NCBI GenBank assembly: GCA_903813345.2
Contig: CAIIXF020000001.1
Span: 15,314,001-15,378,000 of the forward strand
DNA from: Owenia fusiformis
Lineage: Eukaryota
Direction: 5' to 3'
Length of the DNA stretch: 64,000 nt
Shown: positions 41,101 to 56,100 of the stretch, piece after piece
Layout of the letters: each line of letters starts with the position of its first letter
Position numbering within the stretch: position 1 is the stretch's first letter
Program-made: the position numbers and the translations under genes
The notes under the pieces: model-generated
What the model saw: only the letters and a program-made list of their open reading frames with translations
Databases searched by the model: none
Told to the model about the DNA's origin: nothing

Positions 41101-44100
41101 TTATGTGGCCTCACTGGCCTATCTGAGGTTCTAAAGCTATGTCTAAGCTACATCTTGACACTAAACTCGATAGGGGCCAATCATCTACTTTTTGAAATAA
41201 TTGGTCAATTGTGACACTACCCCCTCTCTCTGCAGACACAAATTGAAATTCACAAAAATGAAGGCAAAATTAATACGCCACTTGACTCGAAATTTCCTTC
41301 AGATAACCCAAATAAACGCATTTTCAGAAGAAATGGCATGTTGCCATTGCAAAAAGATTACAACTGTGCCTACATACTAGCTTACTGACTCGTCATGATC
41401 ACATTTGTGTTGGGCCTACATTTATTTTTGAATACTACTTTTTCTATTCAGCGGAAGTGACGTATTAGGGCATTTTGGCCTAATAGCCACATGGTTGGAT
41501 GATTTCTGGCTTTAAATTGCGTTTTTTCCAATTTACTAGAGTTTTTCAAGTAGTTTTGTGCAGTTTAAGAATATTCTGACAGCAATTATGAAAAATATGG
41601 CTACTTCATTACCCCTGGGGTCATTTTTCCAAGAACCCAATGGTTTTCCTTTAAATTTGACTAGTTTTTCATTTACATCATGAAATCCACTGCCTGATGG
41701 TGACATTTTTTCAGTATCGTGTCAAGAATTTGAGTATTTTATTGCATATTGCAATTTTTAGCCAAATCACTGAACCGTGAACCAGAAAATTGGACAAATT
41801 TGACCCACTTTTTGGCAAAATCTTACTAAAATCATCACTTTTTCATACTTTATTCCATTCAACAACCTCCTGATTTGAAAAATGATGACAAATTTGATCA
41901 GTTTTGACTCTGGCCTAGAGAATTGGGACTTTTGAGATATTTTTAGCTCGAATGTAGTCATTCAGAGTGAACAAATACATCAAAAATTGACACTTAACTC
42001 ACCAATTTCTGACTGCACCCCCGATATGTACCTTCTTTCTATACTGGAAACCATAAGATGGGAAATTCAATCTTTATGATGAATAGCAACTCGTTGGCTT
42101 CCCCATTTACGACAACAAATGACATTTAGGGGTCACTAAGGACAAAATTGTAGCCAAATATCGTCAAAATCAAGGGTTTTTGGGGTAAAAAGCGAAAACT
42201 GATGATTCAGCAAAAACATTAAATTTGTTCATGAAAATTCCCCTTTTTGCCTCCGTCCAAAATATGTTTCACACTAATAAACTTCAATTCTGGTTGATTC
42301 TGAGTAGTTTTAAAAAATTTTGGTCACTTTCACATGTGACTAATAGGCAAAACTGCCCTAATTCACGTCACCATACTAGTCAATGGGCAAAAGGGCAAAC
42401 GCCTGACTTTTTATCTCGAGTTATGGATTTATGTGGCCTCACTGGCCTATCTGAGGTTCTAAAGCTATGTCTAAGCTACATCTTGACACTAAACTCGATA
42501 GGGGCCAATCATCTACTTTTTGAAATAATTGGTCAATTGTGACACTACCCCCTCTCTCTGCAGACACAAATTGAAATTCACAAAAATGAAGGCAAAATTA
42601 ATACGCCACTTGACTCGAAATTTTCCTTCAGATAACCCAAATAAACGCATTTTCAGAAGAAATGGCATGTTGCCATTGCAAAAAGATTACAACTGTGCCT
42701 ACATACTAGCTTACTGACTCGTCATGATCACATTTGTGTTGGGCCTACATTTATTTTTGAATACTACTTTTTTCTATTCAGCGGAAGTGACGTATTAGGG
42801 CATTTTGGCCTAATAGCCACATGGTTGGATGATTTCTGGCTTTAAATTGCGTTTTTCCAATTTACTAGAGTTTTTCAAGTAGTTTTGTGCAGTTTAAGAA
42901 TATTCTGACAGCAATTATGAAAAATATGGCTACTTCATTACCCCTGGGGTCATTTTTCCAAGAACCCAATGGTTTTCCTTTAAATTTGACTAGTTTTTCA
43001 TTTACATCATGAAATCCACTGCCTGATGGTGACATTTTTCAGTATCGTGTCAAGAATTTGAGTATTTTATTGCATATTGCAATTTTTAGCCAAATCACTG
43101 AACCGTGAACCAGAAAATTGGACAAATTTGACCCACTTTTTGGCAAAATCTTACTAAAATCATCACTTTTTCATACTTTATTCCATTCAACAACCTCCTG
43201 ATTTGAAAAATGATGACAAATTTGATCAGTTTGACTCTGGCCTAGAGAATTGGGACTTTTGAGATATTTTTAGCTCGAATGTAGTCATTCAGAGTGAACA
43301 AATACATCAAAAATTGACACTTAACTCACCAATTTCTGACTGCACCCCCGATATGTACCTTCTTTCTATACTGGAAACCATAAGATGGGAAATTCAATCT
43401 TTATGATGAATAGCAACTCGTTGGCTTCCCCATTTACGACAACAAATGACATTTAGGGGTCACTAAGGACAAAATTGTAGCCAAATATCGTCAAAATCAA
43501 GGGTTTTTGGGGTAAAAAGCGAAAACTGATGATTCAGCAAAAACATTAAATTTGTTCATGAAAATTCCCCTTTTTGCCTCCGTCCAAAATATGTTTCACA
43601 CTAATAAACTTCAATTCTGGTTGATTCTGAGTAGTTTTAAAAAATTTTGGTCACTTTCACATGTGACTAATAGGCAAAACTGCCCTAATTCACGTCACCA
43701 TACTAGTCAATGGGCAAAAGGGCAAACGCCTGACTTTTTATCTCGAGTTATGGATTTATGTGGCCTCACTGGCCTATCTGAGGTTCTAAAGCTATGTCTA
43801 AGCTACATCTTGACACTAAACTCGATAGGGGCCAATCATCTACTTTTTGAAATAATTGGTCAATTGTGACACTACCCCCTCTCTCTGCAGACACAAATTG
43901 AAATTCACAAAAATGAAGGCAAAATTAATACGCCACTTGACTCGAAATTTTCCTTCAGATAACCCAAATAAACGCATTTTCAGAAGAAATGGCATGTTGC
44001 CATTGCAAAAAGATTACAACTGTGCCTACATACTAGCTTACTGACTCGTCATGATCACATTTGTGTTGGGCCTACATTTATTTTTGAATACTACTTTTTT

Positions 44101-47100
44101 CTATTCAGCGGAAGTGACGTATTAGGGCATTTTGGCCTAATAGCCACATGGTTGGATGATTTCTGGCTTTAAATTGCGTTTTTCCAATTTACTAGAGTTT
44201 TTCAAGTAGTTTTGTGCAGTTTAAGAATATTCTGACAGCAATTATGAAAAATATGGCTACTTCATTACCCCTGGGGTCATTTTTCCAAGAACCCAATGGT
44301 TTTCCTTTAAATTTGACTAGTTTTTCATTTACATCATGAAATCCACTGCCTGATGGTGACATTTTTCAGTATCGTGTCAAGAATTTGAGTATTTTATTGC
44401 ATATTGCAATTTTTAGCCAAATCACTGAACCGTGAACCAGAAAATTGGACAAATTTGACCCACTTTTTGGCAAAATCTTACTAAAATCATCACTTTTTCA
44501 TACTTTATTCCATTCAACAACCTCCTGATTTGAAAAATGATGACAAATTTGATCAGTTTTGACTCTGGCCTAGAGAATTGGGACTTTTGAGATATTTTTA
44601 GCTCGAATGTAGTCATTCAGAGTGAACAAATACATCAAAAATTGACACTTAACTCACCAATTTCTGACTGCACCCCCGATATGTACCTTCTTTCTATACT
44701 GGAAACCATAAGATGGGAAATTCAATCTTTATGATGAATAGCAACTCGTTGGCTTCCCCATTTACGACAACAAATGACATTTAGGGGTCACTAAGGACAA
44801 AATTGTAGCCAAATATCGTCAAAATCAAGGGTTTTTGGGGTAAAAAGCGAAAACTGATGATTCAGCAAAAACATTAAATTTGTTCATGAAAATTCCCCTT
44901 TTTGCCTCCGTCCAAAATATGTTTCACACTAATAAACTTCAATTCTGGTTGATTCTGAGTAGTTTTAAAAAATTTTGGTCACTTTCACATGTGACTAATA
45001 GGCAAAACTGCCCTAATTCACGTCACCATACTAGTCAATGGGCAAAAGGGCAAACGCCTGACTTTTTATCTCGAGTTATGGATTTATGTGGCCTCACTGG
45101 CCTATCTGAGGTTCTAAAGCTATGTCTAAGCTACATCTTGACACTAAACTCGATAGGGGCCAATCATCTACTTTTTGAAATAATTGGTCAATTGTGACAC
45201 TACCCCCTCTCTCTGCAGACACAAATTGAAATTCACAAAAATGAAGGCAAAATTAATACGCCACTTGACTCGAAATTTTCCTTCAGATAACCCAAATAAA
45301 CGCATTTTCAGAAGAAATGGCATGTTGCCATTGCAAAAAGATTACAACTGTGCCTACATACTAGCTTACTGACTCGTCATGATCACATTTGTGTTGGGCC
45401 TACATTTATTTTTGAATACTACTTTTTTCTATTCAGCGGAAGTGACGTATTAGGGCATTTTGGCCTAATAGCCACATGGTTGGATGATTTCTGGCTTTAA
45501 ATTGCGTTTTTCCAATTTACTAGAGTTTTTCAAGTAGTTTTGTGCAGTTTAAGAATATTCTGACAGCAATTATGAAAAATATGGCTACTTCATTACCCCT
45601 GGGGTCATTTTTCCAAGAACCCAATGGTTTTCCTTTAAATTTGACTAGTTTTTCATTTACATCATGAAATCCACTGCCTGATGGTGACATTTTTCAGTAT
45701 CGTGTCAAGAATTTGAGTATTTTATTGCATATTGCAATTTTTAGCCAAATCACTGAACCGTGAACCAGAAAATTGGACAAATTTGACCCACTTTTTGGCA
45801 AAATCTTACTAAAATCATCACTTTTTCATACTTTATTCCATTCAACAACCTCCTGATTTGAAAAATGATGACAAATTTGATCAGTTTTGACTCTGGCCTA
45901 GAGAATTGGGACTTTTGAGATATTTTTAGCTCGAATGTAGTCATTCAGAGTGAACAAATACATCAAAAATTGACACTTAACTCACCAATTTCTGACTGCA
46001 CCCCCGATATGTACCTTCTTTCTATACTGGAAACCATAAGATGGGAAATTCAATCTTTATGATGAATAGCAACTCGTTGGCTTCCCCATTTACGACAACA
46101 AATGACATTTAGGGGTCACTAAGGACAAAATTGTAGCCAAATATCGTCAAAATCAAGGGTTTTTGGGGTAAAAAGCGAAAACTGATGATTCAGCAAAAAC
46201 ATTAAATTTGTTCATGAAAATTCCCCTTTTTGCCTCCGTCCAAAATATGTTTCACACTAATAAACTTCAATTCTGGTTGATTCTGAGTAGTTTTAAAAAA
46301 TTTTGGTCACTTTCACATGTGACTAATAGGCAAAACTGCCCTAATTCACGTCACCATACTAGTCAATGGGCAAAAGGGCAAACGCCTGACTTTTTATCTC
46401 GAGTTATGGATTTATGTGGCCTCACTGGCCTATCTGAGGTTCTAAAGCTATGTCTAAGCTACATCTTGACACTAAACTCGATAGGGGCCAATCATCTACT
46501 TTTTGAAATAATTGGTCAATTGTGACACTACCCCCTCTCTCTGCAGACACAAATTGAAATTCACAAAAATGAAGGCAAAATTAATACGCCACTTGACTCG
46601 AAATTTTCCTTCAGATAACCCAAATAAACGCATTTTCAGAAGAAATGGCATGTTGCCATTGCAAAAAGATTACAACTGTGCCTACATACTAGCTTACTGA
46701 CTCGTCATGATCACATTTGTGTTGGGCCTACATTTATTTTTGAATACTACTTTTTTCTATTCAGCGGAAGTGACGTATTAGGGCATTTTGGCCTAATAGC
46801 CACATGGTTGGATGATTTCTGGCTTTAAATTGCGTTTTTCCAATTTACTAGAGTTTTTCAAGTAGTTTTGTGCAGTTTAAGAATATTCTGACAGCAATTA
46901 TGAAAAATATGGCTACTTCATTACCCCTGGGGTCATTTTTCCAAGAACCCAATGGTTTTCCTTTAAATTTGACTAGTTTTTCATTTACATCATGAAATCC
47001 ACTGCCTGATGGTGACATTTTTCAGTATCGTGTCAAGAATTTGAGTATTTTATTGCATATTGCAATTTTTAGCCAAATCACTGAACCGTGAACCAGAAAA

Positions 47101-50100
47101 TTGGACAAATTTGACCCACTTTTTGGCAAAATCTTACTAAAATCATCACTTTTTCATACTTTATTCCATTCAACAACCTCCTGATTTGAAAAATGATGAC
47201 AAATTTGATCAGTTTTGACTCTGGCCTAGAGAATTGGGACTTTTGAGATATTTTTAGCTCGAATGTAGTCATTCAGAGTGAACAAATACATCAAAAATTG
47301 ACACTTAACTCACCAATTTCTGACTGCACCCCCGATATGTACCTTCTTTCTATACTGGAAACCATAAGATGGGAAATTCAATCTTTATGATGAATAGCAA
47401 CTCGTTGGCTTCCCCATTTACGACAACAAATGACATTTAGGGGTCACTAAGGACAAAATTGTAGCCAAATATCGTCAAAATCAAGGGTTTTTGGGGTAAA
47501 AAGCGAAAACTGATGATTCAGCAAAAACATTAAATTTGTTCATGAAAATTCCCCTTTTTGCCTCCGTCCAAAATATGTTTCACACTAATAAACTTCAATT
47601 CTGGTTGATTCTGAGTAGTTTTAAAAAATTTTGGTCACTTTCACATGTGACTAATAGGCAAAACTGCCCTAATTCACGTCACCATACTAGTCAATGGGCA
47701 AAAGGGCAAACGCCTGACTTTTTATCTCGAGTTATGGATTTATGTGGCCTCACTGGCCTATCTGAGGTTCTAAAGCTATGTCTAAGCTACATCTTGACAC
47801 TAAACTCGATAGGGGCCAATCATCTACTTTTTGAAATAATTGGTCAATTGTGACACTACCCCCTCTCTCTGCAGACACAAATTGAAATTCACAAAAATGA
47901 AGGCAAAATTAATACGCCACTTGACTCGAAATTTTCCTTCAGATAACCCAAATAAACGCATTTTCAGAAGAAATGGCATGTTGCCATTGCAAAAAGATTA
48001 CAACTGTGCCTACATACTAGCTTACTGACTCGTCATGATCACATTTGTGTTGGGCCTACATTTATTTTTGAATACTACTTTTTTCTATTCAGCGGAAGTG
48101 ACGTATTAGGGCATTTTGGCCTAATAGCCACATGGTTGGATGATTTCTGGCTTTAAATTGCGTTTTTCCAATTTACTAGAGTTTTTCAAGTAGTTTTGTG
48201 CAGTTTAAGAATATTCTGACAGCAATTATGAAAAATATGGCTACTTCATTACCCCTGGGGTCATTTTTCCAAGAACCCAATGGTTTTCCTTTAAATTTGA
48301 CTAGTTTTTCATTTACATCATGAAATCCACTGCCTGATGGTGACATTTTTCAGTATCGTGTCAAGAATTTGAGTATTTTATTGCATATTGCAATTTTTAG
48401 CCAAATCACTGAACCGTGAACCAGAAAATTGGACAAATTTGACCCACTTTTTGGCAAAATCTTACTAAAATCATCACTTTTTCATACTTTATTCCATTCA
48501 ACAACCTCCTGATTTGAAAAATGATGACAAATTTGATCAGTTTTGACTCTGGCCTAGAGAATTGGGACTTTTGAGATATTTTTAGCTCGAATGTAGTCAT
48601 TCAGAGTGAACAAATACATCAAAAATTGACACTTAACTCACCAATTTCTGACTGCACCCCCGATATGTACCTTCTTTCTATACTGGAAACCATAAGATGG
48701 GAAATTCAATCTTTATGATGAATAGCAACTCGTTGGCTTCCCCATTTACGACAACAAATGACATTTAGGGGTCACTAAGGACAAAATTGTAGCCAAATAT
48801 CGTCAAAATCAAGGGTTTTTGGGGTAAAAAGCGAAAACTGATGATTCAGCAAAAACATTAAATTTGTTCATGAAAATTCCCCTTTTTGCCTCCGTCCAAA
48901 ATATGTTTCACACTAATAAACTTCAATTCTGGTTGATTCTGAGTAGTTTTAAAAAATTTTGGTCACTTTCACATGTGACTAATAGCCACATGGTTGGATG
49001 ATTTCTGGCTTTAAATTGCGTTTTTCCAATTTACTAGAGTTTTTCAAGTAGTTTTGTGCAGTTTAAGAATATTCTGACAGCAATTATGAAAAATATGGCT
49101 ACTTCATTACCCCTGGGGTCATTTTTCCAAGAACCCAATGGTTTTCCTTTAAATTTGACTAGTTTTTCATTTACATCATGAAATCCACTGCCTGATGGTG
49201 ACATTTTTCAGTATCGTGTCAAGAATTTGAGTATTTTATTGCATATTGCAATTTTTAGCCAAATCACTGAACCGTGAACCAGAAAATTGGACAAATTTGA
49301 CCCACTTTTTGGCAAAATCTTACTAAAATCATCACTTTTTCATACTTTATTCCATTCAACAACCTCCTGATTTGAAAAATGATGACAAATTTGATCAGTT
49401 TTGACTCTGGCCTAGAGAATTGGGACTTTTGAGATATTTTTAGCTCGAATGTAGTCATTCAGAGTGAACAAATACATCAAAAATTGACACTTAACTCTCC
49501 AATTTCTGACTGCACCCCCGATATGTACCTTCTTTCTATACTGGAAACCATAAGATGGGAAATTCAATCTTTATGATGAATAGCAACTCGTTGGCTTCCC
49601 CATTTACGACAACAAATGACATTTAGGGGTCACTAAGGACAAAATTGTAGCCAAATATCGTCAAAATCAAGGGTTTTTGGGGTAAAAAGCGAAAACTGAT
49701 GATTCAGCAAAAACATTAAATTTGTTCATGAAAATTCCCCTTTTTGCCTCCGTCCAAAATATGTTTCACACTAATAAACTTCAATTCTGGTTGATTCTGA
49801 GTAGTTTTAAAAAATTTTGGTCACTTTCACATGTGACTAATAGCCACATGGTTGGATGATTTCTGGCTTTAAATTGCGTTTTTCCAATTTACTAGAGTTT
49901 TTCAAGTAGTTTTGTGCAGTTTAAGAATATTCTGACAGCAATTATGAAAAATATGGCTACTTCATTACCCCTGGGGTCATTTTTCCAAGAACCCAATGGT
50001 TTTCCTTTAAATTTGACTAGTTTTTCATTTACATCATGAAATCCACTGCCTGATGGTGACATTTTTCAGTATCGTGTCAAGAATTTGAGTATTTTATTGC

Positions 50101-53100
50101 ATATTGCAATTTTTAGCCAAATCACTGAACCGTGAACCAGAAAATTGGACAAATTTGACCCACTTTTTGGCAAAATCTTACTAAAATCATCACTTTTTCA
50201 TACTTTATTCCATTCAACAACCTCCTGATTTGAAAAATGATGACAAATTTGATCAGTTTTGACTCTGGCCTAGAGAATTGGGACTTTTGAGATATTTTTA
50301 GCTCGAATGTAGTCATTCAGAGTGAACAAATACATCAAAAATTGACACTTAACTCACCAATTTCTGACTGCACCCCCGATATGTACCTTCTTTCTATACT
50401 GGAAACCATAAGATGGGAAATTCAATCTTTATGATGAATAGCAACTCGTTGGCTTCCCCATTTACGACAACAAATGACATTTAGGGGTCACTAAGGACAA
50501 AATTGTAGCCAAATATCGTCAAAATCAAGGGTTTTTGGGGTAAAAAGCGAAAACTGATGATTCAGCAAAAACATTAAATTTGTTCATGAAAATTCCCCTT
50601 TTTGCCTCCGTCCAAAATATGTTTCACACTAATAAACTTCAATTCTGGTTGATTCTGAGTAGTTTTAAAAAATTTTGGTCACTTTCACATGTGACTAATA
50701 GGCAAAACTGCCCTAATTCACGTCACCATACTAGTCAATGGGCAAAAGGGCAAACGCCTGACTTTTTATCTCGAGTTATGGATTTATGTGGCCTCACTGG
50801 CCTATCTGAGGTTCTAAAGCTATGTCTAAGCTACATCTTGACACTAAACTCGATAGGGGCCAATCATCTACTTTTTGAAATAATTGGTCAATTGTGACAC
50901 TACCCCCCTCTCTCTGCAGACACAAATTGAAATTCACAAAAATGAAGGCAAAATTAATACGCCACTTGACTCGAAATTTTCCTTCAGATAACCCAAATAA
51001 ACGCATTTTCAGAAGAAATGGCATGTTGCCATTGCAAAAAGATTACAACTGTGCCTACATACTAGCTTACTGACTCGTCATGATCACATTTGTGTTGGGC
51101 CTACATTTATTTTTGAATACTACTTTTTTCTATTCAGCGGAAGTGACGTATTAGGGCATTTTGGCCTAATAGCCACATGGTTGGATGATTTCTGGCTTTA
51201 AATTGCGTTTTTTCCAATTTACTAGAGTTTTTCAAGTAGTTTTGTGCAGTTTAAGAATATTCTGACAGCAATTATGAAAAATATGGCTACTTCATTACCC
51301 CTGGGGTCATTTTTCCAAGAACCCAATGGTTTTCCTTTAAATTTGACTAGTTTTTCATTTACATCATGAAATCCACTGCCTGATGGTGACATTTTTCAGT
51401 ATCGTGTCAAGAATTTGAGTATTTTATTGCATATTGCAATTTTTAGCCAAATCACTGAACCGTGAACCAGAAAATTGGACAAATTTGACCCACTTTTTGG
51501 CAAAATCTTACTAAAATCATCACTTTTTCATACTTTATTCCATTCAACAACCTCCTGATTTGAAAAATGATGACAAATTTGATCAGTTTTGACTCTGGCC
51601 TAGAGAATTGGGACTTTTGAGATATTTTTAGCTCGAATGTAGTCATTCAGAGTGAACAAATACATCAAAAATTGACACTTAACTCACCAATTTCTGACTG
51701 CACCCCCGATATGTACCTTCTTTCTATACTGGAAACCATAAGATGGGAAATTCAATCTTTATGATGAATAGCAACTCGTTGGCTTCCCCATTTACGACAA
51801 CAAATGACATTTAGGGGTCACTAAGGACAAAATTGTAGCCAAATATCGTCAAAATCAAGGGTTTTTGGGGTAAAAAGCGAAAACTGATGATTCAGCAAAA
51901 ACATTAAATTTGTTCATGAAAATTCCCCTTTTTGCCTCCGTCCAAAATATGTTTCACACTAATAAACTTCAATTCTGGTTGATTCTGAGTAGTTTTAAAA
52001 AATTTTGGTCACTTTCACATGTGACTAATAGGCAAAACTGCCCTAATTCACGTCACCATACTAGTCAATGGGCAAAAGGGCAAACGCCTGACTTTTTATC
52101 TCGAGTTATGGATTTATGTGGCCTCACTGGCCTATCTGAGGTTCTAAAGCTATGTCTAAGCTACATCTTGACACTAAACTCGATAGGGGCCAATCATCTA
52201 CTTTTTGAAATAATTGGTCAATTGTGACACTACCCCCTCTCTCTGCAGACACAAATTGAAATTCACAAAAATGAAGGCAAAATTAATACGCCACTTGACT
52301 CGAAATTTTCCTTCAGATAACCCAAATAAACGCATTTTCAGAAGAAATGGCATGTTGCCATTGCAAAAAGATTACAACTGTGCCTACATACTAGCTTACT
52401 GACTCGTCATGATCACATTTGTGTTGGGCCTACATTTATTTTTGAATACTACTTTTTTCTATTCAGCGGAAGTGACGTATTAGGGCATTTTGGCCTAATA
52501 GCCACATGGTTGGATGATTTCTGGCTTTAAATTGCGTTTTTTCCAATTTACTAGAGTTTTTCAAGTAGTTTTGTGCAGTTTAAGAATATTCTGACAGCAA
52601 TTATGAAAAATATGGCTACTTCATTACCCCTGGGGTCATTTTTCCAAGAACCCAATGGTTTTCCTTTAAATTTGACTAGTTTTTCATTTACATCATGAAA
52701 TCCACTGCCTGATGGTGACATTTTTCAGTATCGTGTCAAGAATTTGAGTATTTTATTGCATATTGCAATTTTTAGCCAAATCACTGAACCGTGAACCAGA
52801 AAATTGGACAAATTTGACCCACTTTTTGGCAAAATCTTACTAAAATCATCACTTTTTCATACTTTATTCCATTCAACAACCTCCTGATTTGAAAAATGAT
52901 GACAAATTTGATCAGTTTTGACTCTGGCCTAGAGAATTGGGACTTTTGAGATATTTTTAGCTCGAATGTAGTCATTCAGAGTGAACAAATACATCAAAAA
53001 TTGACACTTAACTCACCAATTTCTGACTGCACCCCCGATATGTACCTTCTTTCTATACTGGAAACCATAAGATGGGAAATTCAATCTTTATGATGAATAG

Positions 53101-56100
53101 CAACTCGTTGGCTTCCCCATTTACGACAACAAATGACATTTAGGGGTCACTAAGGACAAAATTGTAGCCAAATATCGTCAAAATCAAGGGTTTTTGGGGT
53201 AAAAAGCGAAAACTGATGATTCAGCAAAAACATTAAATTTGTTCATGAAAATTCCCCTTTTTGCCTCCGTCCAAAATATGTTTCACACTAATAAACTTCA
53301 ATTCTGGTTGATTCTGAGTAGTTTTAAAAAATTTTGGTCACTTTCACATGTGACTAATAGGCAAAACTGCCCTAATTCACGTCACCATACTAGTCAATGG
53401 GCAAAAGGGCAAACGCCTGACTTTTTATCTCGAGTTATGGATTTATGTGGCCTCACTGGCCTATCTGAGGTTCTAAAGCTATGTCTAAGCTACATCTTGA
53501 CACTAAACTCGATAGGGGCCAATCATCTACTTTTTGAAATAATTGGTCAATTGTGACACTACCCCCTCTCTCTGCAGACACAAATTGAAATTCACAAAAA
53601 TGAAGGCAAAATTAATACGCCACTTGACTCGAAATTTTCCTTCAGATAACCCAAATAAACGCATTTTCAGAAGAAATGGCATGTTGCCATTGCAAAAAGA
53701 TTACAACTGTGCCTACATACTAGCTTACTGACTCGTCATGATCACATTTGTGTTGGGCCTACATTTATTTTTGAATACTACTTTTTTCTATTCAGCGGAA
53801 GTGACGTATTAGGGCATTTTGGCCTAATAGCCACATGGTTGGATGATTTCTGGCTTTAAATTGCGTTTTTCCAATTTACTAGAGTTTTTCAAGTAGTTTT
53901 GTGCAGTTTAAGAATATTCTGACAGCAATTATGAAAAATATGGCTACTTCATTACCCCTGGGGTCATTTTTCCAAGAACCCAATGGTTTTCCTTTAAATT
54001 TGACTAGTTTTTCATTTACATCATGAAATCCACTGCCTGATGGTGACATTTTTCAGTATCGTGTCAAGAATTTGAGTATTTTATTGCATATTGCAATTTT
54101 TAGCCAAATCACTGAACCGTGAACCAGAAAATTGGACAAATTTGACCCACTTTTTGGCAAAATCTTACTAAAATCATCACTTTTTCATACTTTATTCCAT
54201 TCAACAACCTCCTGATTTGAAAAATGATGACAAATTTGATCAGTTTTGACTCTGGCCTAGAGAATTGGGACTTTTGAGATATTTTTAGCTCGAATGTAGT
54301 CATTCAGAGTGAACAAATACATCAAAAATTGACACTTAACTCACCAATTTCTGACTGCACCCCCGATATGTACCTTCTTTCTATACTGGAAACCATAAGA
54401 TGGGAAATTCAATCTTTATGATGAATAGCAACTCGTTGGCTTCCCCATTTACGACAACAAATGACATTTAGGGGTCACTAAGGACAAAATTGTAGCCAAA
54501 TATCGTCAAAATCAAGGGTTTTTGGGGTAAAAAGCGAAAACTGATGATTCAGCAAAAACATTAAATTTGTTCATGAAAATTCCCCTTTTTGCCTCCGTCC
54601 AAAATATGTTTCACACTAATAAACTTCAATTCTGGTTGATTCTGAGTAGTTTTAAAAAATTTTGGTCACTTTCACATGTGACTAATAGGCAAAACTGCCC
54701 TAATTCACGTCACCATACTAGTCAATGGGCAAAAGGGCAAACGCCTGACTTTTTATCTCGAGTTATGGATTTATGTGGCCTCACTGGCCTATCTGAGGTT
54801 CTAAAGCTATGTCTAAGCTACATCTTGACACTAAACTCGATAGGGGCCAATCATCTACTTTTTGAAATAATTGGTCAATTGTGACACTACCCCCTCTCTC
54901 TGCAGACACAAATTGAAATTCACAAAAATGAAGGCAAAATTAATACGCCACTTGACTCGAAATTTTCCTTCAGATAACCCAAATAAACGCATTTTCAGAA
55001 GAAATGGCATGTTGCCATTGCAAAAAGATTACAACTGTGCCTACATACTAGCTTACTGACTCGTCATGATCACATTTGTGTTGGGCCTACATTTATTTTT
55101 GAATACTACTTTTTTCTATTCAGCGGAAGTGACGTATTAGGGCATTTTGGCCTAATAGCCACATGGTTGGATGATTTCTGGCTTTAAATTGCGTTTTTTC
55201 CAATTTACTAGAGTTTTTCAAGTAGTTTTGTGCAGTTTAAGAATATTCTGACAGCAATTATGAAAAATATGGCTACTTCATTACCCCTGGGGTCATTTTT
55301 CCAAGAACCCAATGGTTTTCCTTTAAATTTGACTAGTTTTTCATTTACATCATGAAATCCACTGCCTGATGGTGACATTTTTCAGTATCGTGTCAAGAAT
55401 TTGAGTATTTTATTGCATATTGCAATTTTTAGCCAAATCACTGAACCGTGAACCAGAAAATTGGACAAATTTGACCCACTTTTTGGCAAAATCTTACTAA
55501 AATCATCACTTTTTCATACTTTATTCCATTCAACAACCTCCTGATTTGAAAAATGATGACAAATTTGATCAGTTTTGACTCTGGCCTAGAGAATTGGGAC
55601 TTTTGAGATATTTTTAGCTCGAATGTAGTCATTCAGAGTGAACAAATACATCAAAAATTGACACTTAACTCACCAATTTCTGACTGCACCCCCGATATGT
55701 ACCTTCTTTCTATACTGGAAACCATAAGATGGGAAATTCAATCTTTATGATGAATAGCAACTCGTTGGCTTCCCCATTTACGACAACAAATGACATTTAG
55801 GGGTCACTAAGGACAAAATTGTAGCCAAATATCGTCAAAATCAAGGGTTTTTGGGGTAAAAAGCGAAAACTGATGATTCAGCAAAAACATTAAATTTGTT
55901 CATGAAAATTCCCCTTTTTGCCTCCGTCCAAAATATGTTTCACACTAATAAACTTCAATTCTGGTTGATTCTGAGTAGTTTTAAAAAATTTTGGTCACTT
56001 TCACATGTGACTAATAGGCAAAACTGCCCTAATTCACGTCACCATACTAGTCAATGGGCAAAAGGGCAAACGCCTGACTTTTTATCTCGAGTTATGGATT

